Shown one piece after another: positions 58,074 to 64,000 of a DNA stretch of 64,000 nt. Within the stretch, counting starts at the first letter, position 1. The number at the start of each line of letters is the position of its first letter. Under the pieces are notes generated by a model, which made no database searches, was not told where the DNA came from, and was given only the letters and a program-made list of their open reading frames with translations. The stretch lies in the IMG/VR virus record IMGVR_UViG_3300025626_002025. One strand, given 5' to 3'. This stretch comes from a virus. Position numbers and translations under genes: made by a program.

Positions 58074-59036
58074 TTAGTCTGGTAATTTACCATGTTTATA
58101 ATAACTTTCATATTCATCTTGAGTTAACCCTTCGTGGTCAAACTGAATTCTATGGTCATCAGCATATTCAAACCCAATAGGGTCACCATCCCAAACTAAT
58201 TCAGGATTATTATTAAAGTTTTCTATGTGAAGTGTATCTGGTCTATCTTTATCTAATTGTTCAATGATTGTATCAACTATAAGTGAATATCCTTCTTTAT
58301 TAGGATGATAACAAATAGGTGAATGATATCGCGAATCCCAAGTCTCACTCTTACCAGTTCGTATTCCATCTGAATTTAATGTCCATTGACCATACTCAAA
58401 TGGTATAGGTGTCCAACCTGGTTCTTGACTAGCATAGTGTTTAGATTTGTGCATATCTTTTAACATGGCATCTTCATGAGTCCAATAAGACATAATCACA
58501 AGTTTAATACCTCGATTTTCACAATATTGTTCAAGTGTTCTCAAATGATGTCTTTGTTCTAATAAAGGGTCTATATCTACATCTTGTATAATTTTAGCAT
58601 ATCTACCACTTAATGTAAATGGTCTATCTGGATTTCCACACATAAATGTTTGAGGAACTCCACCACTATAAAAAGAAAATCTAATACTATCTGTTAACCA
58701 TATAAACATAGTGGTATCATAATTCTCCCAATCGAAATTCCAATACTTATCGTATAAACTTCTAAGGTTATATCCAGTTGAACTTGCACATTTAGCAATA
58801 TTGATTAACTTATCAAATCCTTTTCTTTTAGCTAGTTGAGTAGGCCATGAAGTTTCGTTATGAAAATAATCATGGTAACTATTTCTATAATTTTGCATTA
58901 CTTCAGTACCATGTAGTTCATCTCTTCTACTACCATCAAGTGGAATTCCCTCTGGTTCAAAGAATGGTTCGGGTGGATATCCACCATCTCCTTCTGTGAA
59001 GGAACATCCTAATGTAAATAATAATCTTTTTTTCAT
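58074..59036 (-). CDS. SGNH/GDSL-like hydrolase
   Basis: GCSFTEG, SWP..LA, NIA..ASS, HPN..GY. Confidence 0.7.
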   Translation of the reverse strand: MKKRLLFTLGCSFTEGDGGYPPEPFFEPEGIPLDGSRRDELHGTEVMQNYRNSYHDYFHNETSWPTQLAKRKGFDKLINIAKCASSTGYNLRSLYDKYWNFDWENYDTTMFIWLTDSIRFSFYSGGVPQTFMCGNPDRPFTLSGRYAKIIQDVDIDPLLEQRHHLRTLEQYCENRGIKLVIMSYWTHEDAMLKDMHKSKHYASQEPGWTPIPFEYGQWTLNSDGIRTGKSETWDSRYHSPICYHPNKEGYSLIVDTIIEQLDKDRPDTLHIENFNNNPELVWDGDPIGFEYADDHRIQFDHEGLTQDEYESYYKHGKLPD

Positions 59037-59040
59037 ATAA

Positions 59041-59301
59041 CTACCATTTACCTAATGGGCAACTCGATGAAGGTGATAGGGTTTTAGCTGCTATATTACA
59101 ACCACACCCACTTGTTCTATTACCAGTTTTTACATGATATGAGTATATTAATGGAGAACAACTATTTCCTTGTCGTATCTCACATTCATCACACTCTAAC
59201 AATCTTGCTTTACTGAGAGCTTTAGTACCGGGTTCTACTGCGTTGAATTGGTCTTTCATCACATTTGCCCAACCTTCTATTATTTCTATTACTTTACTCA
59301 T
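59041..59301 (-). CDS. Cys-rich protein (DUF6171-like)
   Basis: R...C..C...C...GCGC...AK......CPLGKW; late motif 59306-59313. Confidence 0.7.
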   Translation of the reverse strand: MSKVIEIIEGWANVMKDQFNAVEPGTKALSKARLLECDECEIRQGNSCSPLIYSYHVKTGNRTSGCGCNIAAKTLSPSSSCPLGKW

Positions 59302-59332
59302 TATATATAAATATTTGAATTCTGTATTTAGG

Positions 59333-59406
59333 TGGACCTTGATGGACTCGAACCATCGACCTACGCATTATGAGTGCGGTGCTCTAACCAACTGAGCTAA
59401 AAGTCC
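59333..59406 (-). tRNA. tRNA-CAT (elongator Met or Ile2)
   Basis: GGACTTTTAGCTCAG...CGCA-CT-CAT-AA-TGCG...GGTTCGAGTCC; lacks initiator features. Confidence 0.9.
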
Positions 59407-59412
59407 TAATAG

Positions 59413-59486
<74 letters not shown>

Positions 59487-59490
59487 ATAA

Positions 59491-59615
59491 AAAAGAGAGG
59501 TTTCGGGTCTTTCAAGGTTTCTGATTGGGTGCAAATTTAGGCATTAGCTACTACAAACCTTTTTTCGCTAATTAATTCTCTCTACTCCCCAATTACAGCT
59601 TCACTACCTCTCTTT
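59491..59615 (-). ncRNA. 6S-like RNA (6S-Flavo type)
   Basis: Nested rod hairpin AGAGAGGT/ACCTCTCT, CTG/CAG, ATTGGG/CCCAAT, ATTAGC/GCTAAT with internal bubbles; internal TAAATTTG; ACCTTGAA near the 3' end. Confidence 0.7.
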
Positions 59616-59617
59616 AG

Positions 59618-59703
59618 TACTCGAAGAGGGACTTGAACCCTCACGAACATTACTGTTCATTGGATTTTAAGTCCAACGTGTCTACCAATTCCACCATTCG
59701 AGC
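59618..59703 (-). tRNA. tRNA-Leu(TAA)
   Basis: TTGGA-CT-TAA-AA-TCCAA; long variable arm; GGTTCAAGTCC. Confidence 0.95.
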
Positions 59704-59708
59704 TTTCA

Positions 59709-59748
59709 TTACTATGTAAAGATACGAAATAAATTCCGTATTACCAAA
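59709..59748 (-). promoter_or_regulatory. Bacteroidota-type promoter driving the tRNA/6S operon
   Basis: TTTGG...CGTATCTTTAC immediately upstream of tRNA-Leu. Confidence 0.65.
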
Positions 59749-59776
59749 TTTTCCGTTAAATTTTTAGTATTTTTTT

Positions 59777-59977
59777 TTAAAGTTTCTCTGTTACGAAGAA
59801 ATTCTCATCGTAACTATCAACTGGAGGGTTCAAGTCTAACTCTACATTCTTAATTATATGGATTCCTGCCATCTTTGATACAGTCATACCCACTCCTTTT
59901 TCATCTACTCCACCTATGTGGAACGTTACTTCGGATTTATCTTCTAATATTGCGGTTACTTTATATGTTTTGAACAT
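59777..59977 (-). CDS. Hypothetical protein
   Basis: Operon-packed ORF. Confidence 0.55.
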   Translation of the reverse strand: MFKTYKVTAILEDKSEVTFHIGGVDEKGVGMTVSKMAGIHIIKNVELDLNPPVDSYDENFFVTEKL

Positions 59978-61274
59978 TGTTTTGTATAAATTTTTCTACT
60001 TCCATATCGGAAACTTGATTATTAAACTGTCTTTGAGTGAATTTCTCTGATTTAAATAGTAATGTTTCACTAATTTCATCACTTACACTATCTATTTCTT
60101 GTAATTTTCTTACTTTTTTTAACATTTCTTCATTTATATTAAAGAAATCACAATTTTTTATAACATTATTGGTTAAAAAGAAGTAATATAATATACCTGG
60201 ATGACCTGTAACTCCGGTAGTTGGTAATTCTAATGGATATTTAAACCATCTGATAATATCTGTAATTGCATTACCATATGAACTCTCCCCAAATGTATCA
60301 ATACAATATTCATCGATACCTCCCTTTGGAAAAACACCTGTTTTATCCTTATGAAACCAAAAATTATCCCAATCAATTAAATTATATACAGGTTTTATAT
60401 TAGGATATACCTCAGAAACATCCTTACTCTTATTATTTGGAAATCTTTTTTTAAATAATGGTGAATTATACCACTTATTATCATCATGTATATGAAATTG
60501 TCTTTTTGCACCATCTTCAAACTCGTACCAACCACTAAATTGGGAATAAATTTGACAAAAGTCATACTTAATATTCCATTTTTTTAAAAAAGTTTGTAGT
60601 TTTACTATATTATCTACATATCTTCTTACAAAAAACTCATGTGGTAGTTTAAGAGCTGCTTTTTCATACTCATCGCACATGATTTCAAACATTGGTTCAT
60701 TGATTTTTTTATTATAATCCCATGTTCCTGTACTAATATAGTAAGTATTTCCTAATTTAGAATGACATTGACCAATTTGGTCACTATAAACATCAATTTT
60801 ATCTTTTAAATATAGTGTTAAATCGGTTGAATCAGCAAAACCTTGGGTTATTCCACCAATTTGATTAGGAATTTCGGAAGAATACTCGTATATACCTTGT
60901 ACGGTATCACCTCCCCATTTCTTCCAGTTCATAAAATCAGTATTAATATCTACACCTGTTGGTATATTGAAAGAAATTCTACCGATTTCAGACCATTCTA
61001 CTACACAATATATGTTTGTAGTGGTAGCACCTAGTTCTAACAACCTAGAAATAACGTATATTATAGAATCTGATTGATAATCTGAACCTTGTGATGGTCC
61101 AGAAGCATTTATAAACACTATATTATCACTACCATCGAAACTTACCTCATTATCTAAATCAATATTATTACGTTTTAATGCATCCTTTTGATTTATAAAA
61201 TTATGAAGTGAATCAATGATTCTACCATATGAGCATCCTGTGCCTACGAAAAACTTTTGTTTTGATATATCCAT
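59961..61274 (-). CDS. SGNH-like protein
   Basis: GCSYG, SQGS, VEWS...R, LQ.FLK..NIKY, GHP. Confidence 0.55.
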   Translation of the reverse strand: MDISKQKFFVGTGCSYGRIIDSLHNFINQKDALKRNNIDLDNEVSFDGSDNIVFINASGPSQGSDYQSDSIIYVISRLLELGATTTNIYCVVEWSEIGRISFNIPTGVDINTDFMNWKKWGGDTVQGIYEYSSEIPNQIGGITQGFADSTDLTLYLKDKIDVYSDQIGQCHSKLGNTYYISTGTWDYNKKINEPMFEIMCDEYEKAALKLPHEFFVRRYVDNIVKLQTFLKKWNIKYDFCQIYSQFSGWYEFEDGAKRQFHIHDDNKWYNSPLFKKRFPNNKSKDVSEVYPNIKPVYNLIDWDNFWFHKDKTGVFPKGGIDEYCIDTFGESSYGNAITDIIRWFKYPLELPTTGVTGHPGILYYFFLTNNVIKNCDFFNINEEMLKKVRKLQEIDSVSDEISETLLFKSEKFTQRQFNNQVSDMEVEKFIQNNVQNI

Positions 61275-61282
61275 ATATTACT

Positions 61283-61654
61283 CTACCCAAATAAGTACAT
61301 ACCATACCCAATTAATAGGTTGAGGTTTACTATTACTAAATTCCATTGTTTTGCTAACCAAACTTGTGGTAATGATAATATTGCTCCACATAAATAAGTA
61401 TATGCACCTATATTATCATATGGTAATAAATAGGGACTCATCATAATAAATGCAGTTCCCATATATCCTAATCGATTACCCAATCGTTCAGCGGGCGTCA
61501 ATCTTCTTGATTTAACTAATAACCGAATAAAATAGTTACCTATTGTTCGTTCACACGCTCTACAAGTTTTTTTCTTACGTTTAAATAAGATACTTGGTTT
61601 ACTTTTGTTACAAACGTTACATTTCTTCATCATAATCATCTCTGTTTCTATCAT
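61283..61654 (-). CDS. Membrane protein with N-terminal CxxC...CxxC
   Basis: CNVC...CRAC followed by TM helices. Confidence 0.55.
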   Translation of the reverse strand: MIETEMIMMKKCNVCNKSKPSILFKRKKKTCRACERTIGNYFIRLLVKSRRLTPAERLGNRLGYMGTAFIMMSPYLLPYDNIGAYTYLCGAILSLPQVWLAKQWNLVIVNLNLLIGYGMYLFG

Positions 61655-61805
61655 TCATTGCTGATATAATTCCAATTATAAAAGCAGTTACGGTAACTGG
61701 CCATAAGAAAATTAATCTCATTCTGTGACCATTTGATTCTATATGGGCTTCATTTACTAATGCCCATAAAGTACCTATTACTAAATATACTATTAATCCA
61801 TTCAT
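61617..61805 (-). CDS. Small membrane protein
   Basis: Two hydrophobic segments, LWP motif. Confidence 0.5.
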   Translation of the reverse strand: MNGLIVYLVIGTLWALVNEAHIESNGHRMRLIFLWPVTVTAFIIGIISAMNDRNRDDYDEEM

Positions 61806-61968
61806 TATTTTTGATTTTGTGATTTGAATAATATGATTAAATCATTTTCTTTTCCACTTCTTTTTATATAATCTTCTACGAATCCAACCTCAACTTGATA
61901 TGGTCTCCATAGTCCTATTGTTAGAGGTTTATAGTTCAATTCTTTAAATTGTGTAAATTTTATTTCGT

Positions 61969-62238
61969 TCATAACTCTACATATTCTTTGGGTTTGGGGA
62001 TAAACTTCCTAAATGGATGTCTATTATATTCTCGTGTAACATCTTTAGCATATTTCTCTTCTTCAGTATCGTGTCTTAACCAAGTAGAATCCCATTCAAT
62101 GGAATCCCAAAATTTGAATACATCTCTGTCACACTCTTCCCACCTCTTCATCATTATCCGTTGAGGTAGATTTCTGTATGACTTATTAGCCATTTGGTTT
62201 TCGTGTAGTTGTTTACTTAATGCTTCGTGGTCTGTCAT
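61969..62238 (-). CDS. Hypothetical protein
   Basis: Operon-packed ORF. Confidence 0.55.
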   Translation of the reverse strand: MTDHEALSKQLHENQMANKSYRNLPQRIMMKRWEECDRDVFKFWDSIEWDSTWLRHDTEEEKYAKDVTREYNRHPFRKFIPKPKEYVEL

Positions 62239-62858
62239 TATCTTATAATTGTACCATCTTTACGATAAATTTCTACGGTTGAAGCTTTGCCAGTAGTATC
62301 ACCCCAATCATCTTCTTCCAACTCTTCACCTTTAAAAAATATCCTATCTATAACATCCCAATCTCCTTCAGGTGTTTCAATACAATTGTTTGTGTAGTAG
62401 AAATCTTTTGGTGTTGGTATTGTATCTGATTCAAATGTGTATTCACTAAGACATCCTTTATTCTCATCAAATGAACATAACACATTATCAACATCTTTAA
62501 TATATTCAGGTATTGCACATATTATTTCATTTAACTCATCTGCTTTATCATCACCCACAACTTCCCATGCTGGTAACATTTCATGAAAATCCCATATAGT
62601 TTCTTTATTATCTTCATCATATAGATAACACCTAAGTGCACTATTATCTAATGGTTTGGTTTCATGCCATAAATCTGGACTCCACCAATCAGGTAAATCA
62701 ATATGTGCATAATCCTCTAAATCATGTCGAACTTCCCACACTTCATCGTGTCCTTGTTCTTTCATTAAAGATTGGATTTGTTCAACTTGTTTATCTGTTA
62801 TTGAATGACCAACTGTTTCAACATCCCAACCATACAATTCTAATCTATACTTTTTCAT
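62238..62858 (-). CDS. Acidic hypothetical protein
   Basis: 206 aa, D/E-rich. Confidence 0.6.
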   Translation of the reverse strand: MKKYRLELYGWDVETVGHSITDKQVEQIQSLMKEQGHDEVWEVRHDLEDYAHIDLPDWWSPDLWHETKPLDNSALRCYLYDEDNKETIWDFHEMLPAWEVVGDDKADELNEIICAIPEYIKDVDNVLCSFDENKGCLSEYTFESDTIPTPKDFYYTNNCIETPEGDWDVIDRIFFKGEELEEDDWGDTTGKASTVEIYRKDGTIIR

Positions 62859-63124
62859 AAGTGTCCACCTGTTTTTAATTCATCACATTGGTATCTCCAT
62901 TCAGAATCTTCAGCTGATGCCATCAGATGACCAGGATAATCATTTACACCTGAACCGAATTCATAATCAGCTTCCCAAATAGCTTCATCCATATCATCTT
63001 CCCACAACTCTTCGTTATTATTTAGATATTCATTTAGTTCATCTTCTTTGATGTTATCTGGTACTTCTACCTGAACTTCTGCGTATTTGTGGTACACACT
63101 TCTTTGTTGTATTGTTACTTTCAT
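62855..63124 (-). CDS. Acidic hypothetical protein
   Basis: ATGA-coupled ORF. Confidence 0.6.
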   Translation of the reverse strand: MKVTIQQRSVYHKYAEVQVEVPDNIKEDELNEYLNNNEELWEDDMDEAIWEADYEFGSGVNDYPGHLMASAEDSEWRYQCDELKTGGHL

Positions 63125-63209
63125 TTTTTATATTTTAATTTCTATCCACTCTAATTTACCTGTATTAGGATTAAGTTTTTTTAGGTAATACTTGTTACCT
63201 TCTTTTTTT

Positions 63210-63440
63210 CTATACTGTTCCATTTGTTATATGTTGATATAAATTCTTTATTGAATTTAACCTATCTGCATCTCTATCATAATATTCACCACAATCTTTC
63301 ATGTACCTTAAAAACTTAAGTTCTCGTTGTAAATCCCATTGGTACACTTTACTATTACCTTTACAGTAATATCTATATATCGTATCGAAAAAGATATTTA
63401 TCCATTTCATCTTATTCTCATCTATTCGTTGTAACTCCAT
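63210..63440 (-). CDS. Small protein, tandem paralog family
   Basis: GEYYDRDADRLN. Confidence 0.55.
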   Translation of the reverse strand: MELQRIDENKMKWINIFFDTIYRYYCKGNSKVYQWDLQRELKFLRYMKDCGEYYDRDADRLNSIKNLYQHITNGTV

Positions 63441-63664
63441 TATCGATTTTCTTTTTTATATTGGTTATATTCATTCGCAATCATATTAAGAACTTCAGCT
63501 TCACTTTCGTAATAATGTCCTTTTTCTATTATCTTGGTAATTACCTCTCTAACTTGCATTCCTACCTCTTCGGTAAATCTGACCATATTATCTTTTACGA
63601 AGTTATCCATCTTCTTTAGATTCTCCAATTGTTCTTTATCTACGAATGTTGCGTTATTATACAT
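63440..63664 (-). CDS. Small protein, tandem paralog family
   Basis: GHYYESEAEVLN. Confidence 0.6.
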   Translation of the reverse strand: MYNNATFVDKEQLENLKKMDNFVKDNMVRFTEEVGMQVREVITKIIEKGHYYESEAEVLNMIANEYNQYKKENR

Positions 63665-63888
63665 TATATGATTTTATTATCTATTGTGTTCTTTTTAGTT
63701 CTAACCAATCTACCCAACTCATTGAGTAATCCTTTTTCATAATCAGAGTACTTTCCTCTGATTATAACTTCCTCAACAAGATATTGCCATTCGTTCTCTA
63801 ATCTTATCGTGCTCGTTGCGGTGAGTAGTTGATTATGTAACCATTGTTTTTGCGTTAGGGTAAGTATGTATTTGTACTCTTCTTTCAT
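63664..63888 (-). CDS. Small protein, tandem paralog family
   Basis: GKYSDYEKGLLN. Confidence 0.55.
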   Translation of the reverse strand: MKEEYKYILTLTQKQWLHNQLLTATSTIRLENEWQYLVEEVIIRGKYSDYEKGLLNELGRLVRTKKNTIDNKII

Positions 63889-64000
63889 TTATTATCTTTA
63901 ACTTATCAGTTCTACTTAATTTCTTTATTTCCGATTCTCGTTTACAAGATGATGACCTATCTGTATGTGTTTCTTCATATACCAATTTAACAGGTCTTCT
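63833..64000 (-). CDS. GIY-YIG nuclease (UPF0213/YhbQ-like), C-terminal part only
   Basis: Manual translation RRPVKLVYEETHTDRSSSCKRESEIKKLSRTDKLKII. Confidence 0.75.
   Translation of the reverse strand, partial: RRPVKLVYEETHTDRSSSCKRESEIKKLSRTDKLKIINERRVQIHTYPNAKTMVT

Overview
A 64 kb AT-rich segment of a large myovirus-type (T4-like in gene content) dsDNA phage, with essentially all genes on the minus strand and standard genetic code 11. The host is most likely a Bacteroidota (probably Flavobacteriia), inferred from about ten TTG-N~19-21-TAnnTTT(G/A) promoters, a flavobacterial-type lytic enzyme and a 6S-Flavo-like RNA. Left to right: a fused Mre11-Rad50 (gp47-gp46-like) gene and primase; a baseplate/tail module (gp25, gp6, gp5-like, large wedge proteins) with single glyco-modification genes inserted; carbamoyltransferase, gp55-like sigma factor and lysin; auxiliary and nucleotide genes (def, metK, thyA, helicase, uvsE, iscA, hsp20, phoH, dCMP deaminase); an accessory region with DUF6734-like and SGNH-like paralogs; five tRNAs; and an ~830 bp non-coding, origin-like region. 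The strongest candidates for something new are (1) a 6S-like promoter-mimic RNA inside the tRNA operon, alongside the phage's own late sigma factor and a late promoter motif that is the reverse complement of T4's; (2) a late operon encoding a circularly permuted ATP-grasp-Hint fusion, a 49-aa peptide and two GT-A/DUF6734-like enzymes; and (3) a peptide deformylase with a SecA-tail-like C-terminus. All family assignments come from motif recognition by eye, not from database searches.
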